Source of the DNA: Desulfomonilia bacterium
GTDB taxonomy: Bacteria > Desulfobacterota > Desulfomonilia > UBA1062
Length of the DNA: 64,000 nucleotides
Reading direction: 5' to 3'
Assembly: GCA_963664325.2 (NCBI GenBank)
Contig: CAXXDQ010000006.1
Coordinates: 64,001 to 128,000, forward strand
The notes under the pieces are model-generated. The model had not been told where the DNA came from. It saw nothing but the letters and a program-made list of their open reading frames with translations, and searched no databases. Shown here piece after piece: positions 39,362 to 48,505 of this stretch. How positions within the stretch are numbered: the stretch's first letter is position 1; every line of letters begins with the position of its first letter. Both the position numbers and the translations under genes were made by a program.

Positions 39362-40456
39362 ATGGCCGGTAACGATCTGCTGAAGGATGTCGTCAGGCGG
39401 CCGATACCGCTTCCGCATCATCCCCTGTACCGTTTCTACAACGGAGGCGGGCTTGTGAGAAAATTCCGGGGCCTCCCTGAAACAGGCGACGGCTGGTGGT
39501 CGGAAGACTGGGTCGGTTCATGCACGGTGGCGGGCAACAGAGGCCCCGATGGTTTGGAACAGGGCCTGAGCACAGTGGAGGTAAAAGGCGCCGGTCCTGT
39601 CACACTCAAGAGTCTGGTTGAGAATTTCCCCGAAGAGATTATCGGAGCAGGCTTTGCCGAACGCTTTGGTCCTGACATCGCCTTTCTGGTCAAGATACTT
39701 TCGCCTGCCGGGCCCGTCCCCCTTCACATCCACCCTGACAGGGCCTGGACCAGAAAAAATCTCAATTCCAGATTCAGCAAAGTTGAAGGATGGATACTGC
39801 TGGATACACCGGGCGACGGCATCGAACCCGCTTATTTCGCCGCCGGTTTCAAGGAAGGCGTGAGCCGGGAATGGTTCCGCGAGATGGTTGACAGCAAGAA
39901 CGGCATGGCAATGCGTGAAATGCTTCACCGTACGGAAGTGCATCCCGGCGAGGTGTATATCGCCTATCCGGGCGTGCCGCATTGCGTCGGTCCGCAGGTG
40001 CTTGCAATCGAGGTACAGGAGCCGACCGATCACATGGTCATCGCCGAGTGGGAAGGCCTGGACGTGGCTGGGGCGACCATGGGCCTCGGATGGGACAGGA
40101 CTCTGGAGTTTGTCGATTACATGCCGGTTGAGAAGGAGGCAGCTATTGCAAGGGCCCGCCAGCAGCCGAGCGTCCTTCGCGAGAAAGGGGGCGACCGCGA
40201 GACGCGTCTTGTCAATCCCGACGTGCTTGGTTATTTCGATGTCACCCGCCTCGATGTATCGGATGAAATAGTAATCGAAGATAACCGCTTCTCAATTGAC
40301 ATCGTCACTGAAGGCGCCGGGACGATCGAGGGCGACTTCGGCAAAATGCCTGTTAAAAAGGGCGAGTCGTTCGCCTGCGCCGCATCTCTGGGACACTGTT
40401 TTCGTGCTCAGGGCTCGCCGCTGACTGTCGTGCGCTGCATGGGCCCGCTGGTCTGA
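39362..40456 (+). CDS. Type I mannose-6-phosphate isomerase-like cupin
   Basis: SEDWVGS, LVKIL, LHIHPD, KVEGW, GVPHCVG, EVQEPTD. Confidence 0.8.
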   Translation: MAGNDLLKDVVRRPIPLPHHPLYRFYNGGGLVRKFRGLPETGDGWWSEDWVGSCTVAGNRGPDGLEQGLSTVEVKGAGPVTLKSLVENFPEEIIGAGFAERFGPDIAFLVKILSPAGPVPLHIHPDRAWTRKNLNSRFSKVEGWILLDTPGDGIEPAYFAAGFKEGVSREWFREMVDSKNGMAMREMLHRTEVHPGEVYIAYPGVPHCVGPQVLAIEVQEPTDHMVIAEWEGLDVAGATMGLGWDRTLEFVDYMPVEKEAAIARARQQPSVLREKGGDRETRLVNPDVLGYFDVTRLDVSDEIVIEDNRFSIDIVTEGAGTIEGDFGKMPVKKGESFACAASLGHCFRAQGSPLTVVRCMGPLV

Positions 40457-40519
40457 AAATTCATGTCTGTCGTGAAGGAAAGTTATAAAAATGGAAACAA
40501 CTCACAGGAGGTTAAAAAT

Positions 40520-40975
40520 ATGCCGGTAAAAAAATTTAAGTCATCGATCAGCGAAGGAATCCTCAAGCCTGAGTTTATTTATGTGAAAGATGGGGTAACG
40601 ACCTTCGAGTGCAGGGAGCTTATATCGGAAGCGGCGACCGGGGCAAAAAATGTGTGCATTTTCAGGGCGGTTTTCGGCCCGAGAGAGGAGCATTCCAAGC
40701 ACGTCCATATGAAATGCGATGAAATCGTATATTGCGTCAAAGGCCGCGGTGCAGAAGGGATAGAAGTGAGCAAAGGGGTATGGAAGGAGTATGAATATGT
40801 GCCAGGGGTGATCATGCATCTTCCCAAAGGGACAGCCCATTATACCAGAAATCCCGACTATTTCGAGAACCTGGAGCTGATAGGGATTTTCCTTGATGTC
40901 CCGAACATGGACAAGAAAACGACGGGATACAAGTCAAGGGGAAAAGTCCTGAAATCCGAGAAAACAATCGTTTAG
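40520..40975 (+). CDS. Cupin domain protein
   Basis: KHVH..DEIVY..G.G, P.G.AH; AGGAGG RBS before MPVKK. Confidence 0.8.
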   Translation: MPVKKFKSSISEGILKPEFIYVKDGVTTFECRELISEAATGAKNVCIFRAVFGPREEHSKHVHMKCDEIVYCVKGRGAEGIEVSKGVWKEYEYVPGVIMHLPKGTAHYTRNPDYFENLELIGIFLDVPNMDKKTTGYKSRGKVLKSEKTIV

Positions 40976-41018
40976 AGATTTCCACCGGCCGGTATTGTTC
41001 ATAACGAAATATATTTCA

Positions 41019-41142
41019 AAAAGGGCATAAGAACAAGGCAGACCTAGGAGTGACGAAGCAGAAATGTGAGGCGTACTTTTAGCGTACGCCGCAATGTTTC
41101 TGCAAGGAGCGACAACGGTATGCGCAGTTATGATGCCCTTTT
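41019..41142. repeat. Third ERIC-like palindromic element (124 bp, different terminal repeats)
   Basis: AAAAGGGCAT / ATGCCCTTTT ends; central GGCGTAC-TTTTAGC-GTACGCC; shares TACTTTTAGCGTA with 29502-29514. Confidence 0.7.
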
Positions 41143-42456
41143 ATTAAATTGCGGCAGGTACTCTGCATGCGCCTCAAGCATCTCATCAAGCAGGTCCTTT
41201 GCTTCTTCGATGGTCAGCTTTCCCGCGACAAACGGATCGAGCTCGAAGGCCTGCTGCGCGATCCTGCGGTCTCCCGTCAGCGCAGCGTCAAGCGTCAGTT
41301 CCTGAACTGCAAGGTGATGCCTCAGATGGGCTGCAAGGGCTTCAGGAAGGGCTCCCACATGAATGGGGAGAACGCCGTAACGGTTAACCAGAGTGGAAAC
41401 CTCGACAATGGAATCATTGGGCAGGTTGTCGATCGCCCCGCGGTTGGGAACGTTAAGGACATGGACCTCGCCACGGTTAAGTACGATTGATTCCATCACC
41501 TCCACCACCTGCACAGGTTCTATTTCGGGTATGTCCTCAAGGCAGGCCTCTTCCTCCCCGCAAAGCCATCTGTTAACCAGGGCCTCCCACTGTATGATCA
41601 CATCGCGTTCAACTTCGAGGTCATGGACGGGATTGTCATACCTCATATTCAGATTTTGCACCCTGCCTTCATATGTGTCGTCCAGTTTGCAGATTGAGGG
41701 GAAAAATTCCGTCCAGTGCGGCCATGCGATAGGAAGGACGCCATATTTCTCGATGCACCAGCGTATGACCGGCTGGTCGGACTCCTTAAGTATCGAGGGA
41801 ACAGCGCTGCGGCCGTCCATGAAACGCAGATCCGTGATGCATGCGCAGTGATTTATCCCGGCCGTAAGAGGCGGCAGCGCCAGCTCTTCGGGTTCCACCC
41901 CGGCCCAGCCCGACAGGAAATCCGCATCGCGCACATAGACGCCGTTCGTGCAGATGCTTATTGCATTGACGCGGGTTTCCCTGCGCATCGCCCGGCACAG
42001 GACCGTAGCCGGATTGGTGTAGTTGAACAGGATTGCGTCTGGAGAGACTTCCTGCAGGTCTTTGCAGACCTCGACCAGCGGGATGACATGCCGGAATGCG
42101 CGCATTATACCACCCGGGCCGACAGAGTCGCCGATTGGCTGGCAGATACCGTATCTGGCCGGGATCTCGAGGTCCTTTTCCCAGGCGTCATATCCGCCAA
42201 CGGAAATGGCTGCGATGACAAAATCCGCTCCCGCTAGCGATTCGCGGCGGTTTGTCGTGCTCTCTATTTTGAGCTGCGCCCCGGTTTTTTCTACCAGGAG
42301 TCTGCCCAGCGTCTCCATCAGTTCGAGACGGTGAGGGTCTATGTCCATCAGCATGATCGTGCTTCCCTGAAAAGCTTCCGACTTGATAAAAAGGGAAATT
42401 AGCTGAGGGGTGAAAATACTGCTTCCTCCGCCGATAACAGTGATCTTGTAGGCCAT
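41128..42456 (-). CDS. Glycoside hydrolase family 4 (alpha-galactosidase/glucosidase-like)
   Basis: KITVIGGGS, GADFVI, GDSVGPGGIMRAFR, NYTNP, IC, GINH, NVPNRGAIDNLP..VEV. Confidence 0.9.
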   Translation of the reverse strand: MAYKITVIGGGSSIFTPQLISLFIKSEAFQGSTIMLMDIDPHRLELMETLGRLLVEKTGAQLKIESTTNRRESLAGADFVIAAISVGGYDAWEKDLEIPARYGICQPIGDSVGPGGIMRAFRHVIPLVEVCKDLQEVSPDAILFNYTNPATVLCRAMRRETRVNAISICTNGVYVRDADFLSGWAGVEPEELALPPLTAGINHCACITDLRFMDGRSAVPSILKESDQPVIRWCIEKYGVLPIAWPHWTEFFPSICKLDDTYEGRVQNLNMRYDNPVHDLEVERDVIIQWEALVNRWLCGEEEACLEDIPEIEPVQVVEVMESIVLNRGEVHVLNVPNRGAIDNLPNDSIVEVSTLVNRYGVLPIHVGALPEALAAHLRHHLAVQELTLDAALTGDRRIAQQAFELDPFVAGKLTIEEAKDLLDEMLEAHAEYLPQFNKRAS

Positions 42457-42860
42457 CAAACGCTCCTTGAAAAAAAATTTTATAAGAATATTTTCCTGCT
42501 TGTTCAAGTATAAGTATAAGCAGACTGGGTGTCAATTGGCCATGAATGATAATATAAAAGCCACCTGAATAATTTTCTGCATCAGATCAATACAGGGAAC
42601 CTTTTATTATTTGATTGTTGGTTTATGTCCACGTTTTAACGCAGCCGTTTTATTTTCACCCACTTGACGCCCTGTTTTATAAAAGTTAATATTATAATTA
42701 ATATAATAAATGCTTTTTAATGACATTTGTCATTACTATTATGAGGTTCAAAAACTAAGAGAGCTTTCGATTATCCCTTTATGTACTTATTTATATTTTT
42801 TGAAATCCGACGGGATGATTGGTTGCCATATGAAATTCTTACGCAGCGAGGAGGATGTTT

Positions 42861-44417
42861 ATGAATATTTGTTTTTTCAGCTATTTGAAGCATTTTAGCA
42901 TGACTTCTCTGTTCTTAATGTCACTATGCATTTTACCGGCATCAATTCTTTATGCGGCCCTTCCGCAGCTCTATCTGTGCAAGGGTGACGGCTGTAAAAT
43001 TAGCCCTGATCCTGCCGCAGCAACAAACAGTTATGCGGAGCTTATTGATTTTGCCCAGACAAGTGATATACATCTGGTGGATGAAGGCAACCCTTTAAGA
43101 GCTGAAGAACTGAAGATAGATAATAAAGATCAAACTGATCTTGGCATACTCCTTAAATCAATATCATCGGCGAACAGACCTATCGGGCCATACTCGGCAT
43201 TGCTTTGGGAATATGTTATCGAGGATATTAATGCGGCGGATGCATCAAAAAAACTTGATTTCATGATTGCCACAGGTGACTTTACAGATACTTCCATAAT
43301 CCCTGAATATCGATTGTTTGTCGACTTGATTGACGGAGGCGATATCGTATCTCCATTTGAAAATCATGGGGATAACAACATTGATGAGCCGGCAACATAT
43401 ATTCCCAGGAGAACAGCCGGTGAAAATATTGAAGATGGTTTTTTGCTTGAGGGGCTTAACCCTGACTTCTATGCAACAACAGGGAATCATGATGTGGAAT
43501 ACATGGGGACATTCAATACCGACGGCATCTTCGGATTAATGGTAAAAGAGATCGCATATGGAATCGATATATCTGAAATGTGTTATCTTCAAGATCTTAT
43601 CGATATATTTAAGAATTCTGCAAAGAGCAGCCATTTTGCGAATAAAATGGATGAAGAAAACGGCAAAACCGGCAAGGTAAAAGGGGCGTATACCTTTGAT
43701 CCTAAACCGTTTGTACATTGTATTGTTTTAAATACCTGTGAATATTCTTATGAAAAGAACGGTCAGGATATGCCGCTTGAAAACCTGTCACTGGGACTTC
43801 TGTCCATTGAGCAGATGAACTGGGCACTTAATGATATCGATGCTAACAGAGACAAACTGTGCATCATCTTTGCACATCACGGACCTCACTGGTTCTGGCC
43901 GTTGATCAACAGTAGCAGCAAGTACTACATTACAGGTGGTGAATTCAGGAAGGCCCTTTTGACGAAAAAGAACGTTATAGCCTATTTAAACGGTCACTCA
44001 CATATGAATAAAATAAGGGCTGAGTACAATGAGGACGGAACAGGCTACTGGGATATCAACACCTGCGGAATAATTGATTTCCCATATGAATGGAGGAATA
44101 TATCCGTGATCGATATCGGAAACGGTCTTGGAATGATTAGAAGTAAAATGCATGGACCATCTAATGTCGATAAAAACAAAGTGCCATACCTTGAAGATAA
44201 TGGGAGTGAAATCAAAGAAGGTTCTGAGAATGACAGGGATGTGGAAATGTATTTTAAAATGCCGGTTGAAGTATCTAAGGCAATTATTTCTGCCAATGAG
44301 CAGCCTGTCAGGCCTCTTGAAGATTCAGAGGGTGACGGCTCGCAACAGACAGGCGAAGGCAACCCGGACAGCGGAGGAAGCAGCAGCCTGTGCTTTATAG
44401 CCTCGTCCCTGATATAA
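42861..44417 (+). CDS. Exported metallophosphoesterase with C-terminal CFI-box-like tail
   Basis: Signal peptide; SDIH, TGDFTD, GNHD, HH, GHSH; ends GGSSSLCFIASSLI. Confidence 0.82.
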   Translation: MNICFFSYLKHFSMTSLFLMSLCILPASILYAALPQLYLCKGDGCKISPDPAAATNSYAELIDFAQTSDIHLVDEGNPLRAEELKIDNKDQTDLGILLKSISSANRPIGPYSALLWEYVIEDINAADASKKLDFMIATGDFTDTSIIPEYRLFVDLIDGGDIVSPFENHGDNNIDEPATYIPRRTAGENIEDGFLLEGLNPDFYATTGNHDVEYMGTFNTDGIFGLMVKEIAYGIDISEMCYLQDLIDIFKNSAKSSHFANKMDEENGKTGKVKGAYTFDPKPFVHCIVLNTCEYSYEKNGQDMPLENLSLGLLSIEQMNWALNDIDANRDKLCIIFAHHGPHWFWPLINSSSKYYITGGEFRKALLTKKNVIAYLNGHSHMNKIRAEYNEDGTGYWDINTCGIIDFPYEWRNISVIDIGNGLGMIRSKMHGPSNVDKNKVPYLEDNGSEIKEGSENDRDVEMYFKMPVEVSKAIISANEQPVRPLEDSEGDGSQQTGEGNPDSGGSSSLCFIASSLI

Positions 44418-44436
44418 AATGAGAAATATCTTGAAC

Positions 44437-44474
44437 AGCAACTCCTGAAGCGCAATATCAGGAGTTGCTATTTT
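44437..44474 (+). terminator. Intrinsic terminator
   Basis: 12-bp perfect stem AGCAACTCCTGA/TCAGGAGTTGCT then ATTTT. Confidence 0.7.
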
Positions 44475-44550
44475 ATAAAAAGAACTCTTTTGTTTTTCTT
44501 CCAGAAAACCGATTTTAATTTTATCATCAAATTCGTCCATGGAGGAATAA

Positions 44551-45561
44551 ATGAGGATTCTGGTTACAGGAGGAGCAGGATATATCGGTAGTCATACCGT
44601 ACTTGAACTTATGAAGGCCGGGTTTGAAGTCGTAATAGTTGACAACCTTTCAAACAGCAAAGAAGAATCATTAAAAAGGGTAAGTGAACTTGCCGGAAAG
44701 ACTGTGGAATTTTACAAGTCCGATCTGCTCGATATTGACTCCCTGAGATCAATTTTTTCAAGGAATGCGTTTGATGCGGTAATTCATTTTGCCGGGTTAA
44801 AAGCTGTCGGCGAGTCGGTTTCCATACCACTTCATTATTATCACAATAATATTACGGGTACGCTTATGCTCCTTGAAGCAATGAAAGATGCAAATGTTAA
44901 AAACATTGTATTCAGTTCTTCGGCAACTGTATATGGAGATCCTGAGAGAATTCCAATAATCGAAAACGACAAGCTCTGTCCTACCAATCCCTATGGCAGA
45001 ACTAAATATATGATCGAGGAAATCATGAAAGATCTTCATGTTTCCGATAAATCATGGAACATAATCCTGCTGAGATATTTCAACCCGGTCGGGGCTGATA
45101 AAAGCGGTAGGATAGGAGAGGATCCCAATGGTATCCCTAATAACCTCATGCCATTTATTTCTCAGGTTGCGGTTGGGAAATTAAAGGAACTAAGCATATT
45201 CGGTAATGACTATCCGACTCATGACGGCACAGGTGTACGTGATTATATTCATGTTGTGGATCTTGCAATCGGCCACATAAAAGCCATTGATAGATTAAGA
45301 GAAAAGCCGGGTGTGGCCATATATAATCTCGGAACAGGACAGGGCTACAGTGTTCTGGATATGATAAAGGCTTTTGAAAAGGCTTCAGGTAAAAAAATAC
45401 CATATAAATTTACCGGCAGGAGGCCTGGAGATATTGCTGTTTGTTATGCAGATCCGTCGAAAGCTTTAAAGGAACTTGGATGGAAATCTGAACGCGGGCT
45501 TGAGAGGATGTGTGAAGATTCATGGCGCTGGCAATCCATGAACCCCCGCGGATACGAATGA
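44551..45561 (+). CDS. galE: UDP-glucose 4-epimerase
   Basis: [48 protein letters not shown]. Confidence 0.96.
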   Translation: MRILVTGGAGYIGSHTVLELMKAGFEVVIVDNLSNSKEESLKRVSELAGKTVEFYKSDLLDIDSLRSIFSRNAFDAVIHFAGLKAVGESVSIPLHYYHNNITGTLMLLEAMKDANVKNIVFSSSATVYGDPERIPIIENDKLCPTNPYGRTKYMIEEIMKDLHVSDKSWNIILLRYFNPVGADKSGRIGEDPNGIPNNLMPFISQVAVGKLKELSIFGNDYPTHDGTGVRDYIHVVDLAIGHIKAIDRLREKPGVAIYNLGTGQGYSVLDMIKAFEKASGKKIPYKFTGRRPGDIAVCYADPSKALKELGWKSERGLERMCEDSWRWQSMNPRGYE

Positions 45562-45702
45562 GGAAATTTTTTCCCTGAATAACATTTGATTCCCATTATT
45601 TTATAAAAATATTTCATTTCAGAAGAATGAATTAAGCTCAGATTGAAACGTATCAACTCTGTTTATCAGCATATTAAACAAAATATATCATTAGAGAAAT
45701 AT

Positions 45703-45719
45703 TTGGCATGTCTGTTGCT
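45703..45719 (+). promoter_or_regulatory. Sigma54 (-24/-12) promoter
   Basis: TTGGCATG-TCTG-TTGCT matches consensus and spacing in an AT-rich intergenic region. Confidence 0.7.
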
Positions 45720-45730
45720 TATCTATTCAC

Positions 45731-45845
45731 TATTGCATATTAAATTTCATTTATAATGCTGCTGCGGTCTGAGTGGATTATTCACCTGAAGGTGAACATT
45801 TTATTTTGTTATAACATCAGATCCGCAGTCAGCAGTATTGTTTTA
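45731..45845 (+). ncRNA. Candidate structured sRNA or leader
   Basis: TGCTG.CTGCGG.TCTGA (45757-45772) pairs with TCAGA.CCGCAG.CAGCA (45817-45834); inner hairpin TTCACC-TGAA-GGTGAA; T-rich tail. Confidence 0.35.
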
Positions 45846-46008
45846 TCCATCCTGTAGGTAATATCCCATAAAACACGGATTGCCAGCATCCAGCAAATAA
45901 CTTGAAGAAAATGAAGCTATGTGATATTATTAGTTTTGTATAGTTTTTTATTTTGTTTGCCGATTAATTAGTCACGGCAATAAATTTTAAAATAGGAGGT
46001 ATACTTTC

Positions 46009-46317
46009 ATGGATGAGAAAAGAAAAAGCTCCCGTACCAGCGTCAATCTGAAAGTTATATTTATGGGAGATTCGATGAATTACAACAGGGGGAAGGTGAA
46101 CAATATCAGCAAGGGAGGGATGTTTATTCAAACGGAAATTCCCCAGGATATAGGAATGTACGTTCTTGCAAGTATTGATGTAGATAATATGGGACGCATA
46201 GTATGGGCTCAGGGCCGTATTGTTAGAAAATTAGATGACGGTATGGCTATAGAATTTACAAGAACAGATACGAGAGGAATAGATTCTATTATATCCAACT
46301 GGGGGATGCCTTATTAG
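46009..46317 (+). CDS. PilZ domain protein
   Basis: EKRKSSR (RxxxR), NISKGG, GRIVR, GMAIEF; AGGAGG RBS. Confidence 0.88.
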   Translation: MDEKRKSSRTSVNLKVIFMGDSMNYNRGKVNNISKGGMFIQTEIPQDIGMYVLASIDVDNMGRIVWAQGRIVRKLDDGMAIEFTRTDTRGIDSIISNWGMPY

Positions 46318-46352
46318 GTACATCCCCCTTTCTTTATCATGAAATTTATTTT

Positions 46353-47336
46353 CTATTTACCTGACGCAGCAAATCCATCTTCGATATACATAATTGAATA
46401 TGTAATAAGAACTATGGCACTGTTTGAAGTTGTCTGAAGAACTATACCACTGCCAGCATATGCATTTATATCTTTGAGGACTTTGCCATCCTTAACATTA
46501 ATGGGTTTATAAATATTCAGTATATTACCCTTCCTGAGGCCTTTTGAGGAACCAGTATCTATAAATACGATATCTCCATTCCCTGCACCTGAAGCATCAT
46601 TCCATACATCAATAATTTTTGCATCCTCGATGTTCCTGTTTTCTGATGGTTTAATTGTGACTGGCTGCACGCTGTTGATATCATCATCAACAAGATCGTT
46701 TTTGTGAATTTCTTGATAGGAATAGGTGACAGTGCATATCGCTATGCCTTTTTTAACGCTGTCCACCTTTGCCAGTGCAATTATTTTGTAGAGATATCCA
46801 TAGGGTGTATCGTCAACAACGACCTCATTCTGCAATGACTTGATTATCAGGCCTTTTCCCGGTTTGGCATCAGGATAACCCTTGACCAGTATTTTATCTT
46901 CGGTTTCAGAAAAAGAACCTACGTCAACATTTGCAGCTACACTCCCTTTTGATTTCAGTGGTTTTTCAGAATAAATAAGTGTTGAATACTCCGGTGACAA
47001 AACAATGGACCTTCCTTTGATATCAGCAAGCTGGTCAGTGGAAAAAACTCTTTCCCCTGCCGTTTTGTCGGAAGGAATGATTTTAATGGTTATTTTGCCG
47101 TCCTGACTGAAAATGACAACCTTGTCACCCGGGTATATAAGATGCGGATTTGTTATTTTATCATTTTCAGACCAGATAAGCGGCCATTTCCAGGGCGTCT
47201 TCAGGTATTTATTAGAGATATCCCAAAGTGTGTCGCCTTTCTTCACAGTATGGACGACTTCCGAATCATCCGCCCAAGCTGCACCAAATGCTGCCAGGAA
47301 AAAAAAGCCGATAATTAGAGGAATAACCTTCTTCAA
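46353..47336 (-). CDS. LysM peptidoglycan-binding protein (TsaP-like)
   Basis: Signal peptide; HTVKKGDTLWDIS..PWKWP.IW..N..ITNPHLIYPG. Confidence 0.85.
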   Translation of the reverse strand: MKKVIPLIIGFFFLAAFGAAWADDSEVVHTVKKGDTLWDISNKYLKTPWKWPLIWSENDKITNPHLIYPGDKVVIFSQDGKITIKIIPSDKTAGERVFSTDQLADIKGRSIVLSPEYSTLIYSEKPLKSKGSVAANVDVGSFSETEDKILVKGYPDAKPGKGLIIKSLQNEVVVDDTPYGYLYKIIALAKVDSVKKGIAICTVTYSYQEIHKNDLVDDDINSVQPVTIKPSENRNIEDAKIIDVWNDASGAGNGDIVFIDTGSSKGLRKGNILNIYKPINVKDGKVLKDINAYAGSGIVLQTTSNSAIVLITYSIMYIEDGFAASGK

Positions 47337-47450
47337 GTCTTACCCTCCTTTATTGCACAGGTTTTGTTCTTTGACACTATATCGGTGTTGAATGTGCCAT
47401 TCTTGAATAATTATTGCAAGATTAAATGGTTTTAAATATACATTTATTTC

Positions 47451-47876
47451 ATGATCAATCAGGGAATGTATGCAGATGCCCATCTATTCGTCGCTGCAAT
47501 AAGGGTTTTAGAGCACAGGCAGGGAAGGTCTCCCGCATTAAAAGAAATTGCAGAAATGCTGAATTTATCAGCAGAAGAAACGGCGCGCATTTCAAGAAGG
47601 CTTGATGAAGCCGGAATCATCAGAACGGCTGCCAGCGGCATAGACGAACGCTTTTATATTAACGACCACCTGGCCATTGAAAATATCCCGAAAGAGACAA
47701 GTGCCCCTGCAATGATGGAAGAAATAATGCGCATGAAGGCCGAAAAAGAAGCGAAATTAAGCCAGCTTGAAGGGGTGATGAAAAAAGGTCCGGTAAAGCC
47801 TGATCTTTTCAATGAACTTGACAAGGCACTCAAGGACCCGTCGGCCGTTAAAAAGAAACCGAATCCGCTTGATTGA
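47451..47876 (+). CDS. Hypothetical protein with winged-HTH-like N-terminus
   Basis: HLFVAAIRVLEH..SPALKEIAEML..RRLDEAGII. Confidence 0.65.
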   Translation: MINQGMYADAHLFVAAIRVLEHRQGRSPALKEIAEMLNLSAEETARISRRLDEAGIIRTAASGIDERFYINDHLAIENIPKETSAPAMMEEIMRMKAEKEAKLSQLEGVMKKGPVKPDLFNELDKALKDPSAVKKKPNPLD

Positions 47877-47881
47877 AAAGT

Positions 47882-48505
47882 TCACAAAGAATTCATAGCC
47901 CATACAACCGCCCTGCGGTTGTTCTTCAACTCAACAGGATAATTTGATGCATAAACATGGCCCGGCCAAACAAGCGTATCACCGGGCAGATCAAGGAGTA
48001 TCCCGAGGCTTTCCTTCATCGATTTGGTGCTGCCGCAGGGTATGTCTGTTCTGCCTACACCGCCTGTGAACATTGTATCTCCGGAGATCAGGTTTCCATC
48101 CCAGTATAGGCAAATGGAACCGGGTGAATGGCCGGGTGTGTGCAGTATATGAACAGCTGTTCCGCCCAGATTGATTTTGACATCTTCTGCAAGTGTAAAA
48201 TCTGTTTTGGGAGGCTTTTTACCGGCAATTAATGATGATAAAAAGGTATTCATCAATCGGTAGAGTGCCATATTTTCAAATTTGTGGGCTCTTATTGATC
48301 CGAGTCTGCCGAAAAAAGGATTTCCCAGAGTATGGTCAAAATGGATGTGTGTGTTGATCACAGTTTGTATTTTCAATTGGTTGTCAAAGGTTGAAGCAAG
48401 CTCCTTTGCCGGGTCGATGACGATACATTCCCTGGAATCATGATCAGCCAGGATATAGCTCAGAAGGCTGAAATATCTTGACTCAAACGGTATGACTTTT
48501 ATCAT
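47882..48505 (-). CDS. MBL-fold metallo-hydrolase (glyoxalase II-like)
   Basis: THIHFDH, HTPGHSPGS, SGDTMF..GRTD, WPGH. Confidence 0.88.
   Translation of the reverse strand: MIKVIPFESRYFSLLSYILADHDSRECIVIDPAKELASTFDNQLKIQTVINTHIHFDHTLGNPFFGRLGSIRAHKFENMALYRLMNTFLSSLIAGKKPPKTDFTLAEDVKINLGGTAVHILHTPGHSPGSICLYWDGNLISGDTMFTGGVGRTDIPCGSTKSMKESLGILLDLPGDTLVWPGHVYASNYPVELKNNRRAVVWAMNSL

Larger units (their letters stand above)
23651..44474. mobile_element. Putative metabolic genomic island / accessory region downstream of tRNA-Lys (right boundary uncertain)
   Basis: Switch from housekeeping to catabolic genes right after the tRNA cluster; contains an integron remnant and MITE-like repeats; no attR duplicate found. 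Confidence 0.5.

Noticed and set aside
27343-39363. Long antisense ORFs (27343-28107, 27963-28814, 38461-39363 and similar)
   Set aside because: Shadow frames of well-supported genes in GC3-rich DNA; no motifs recognised
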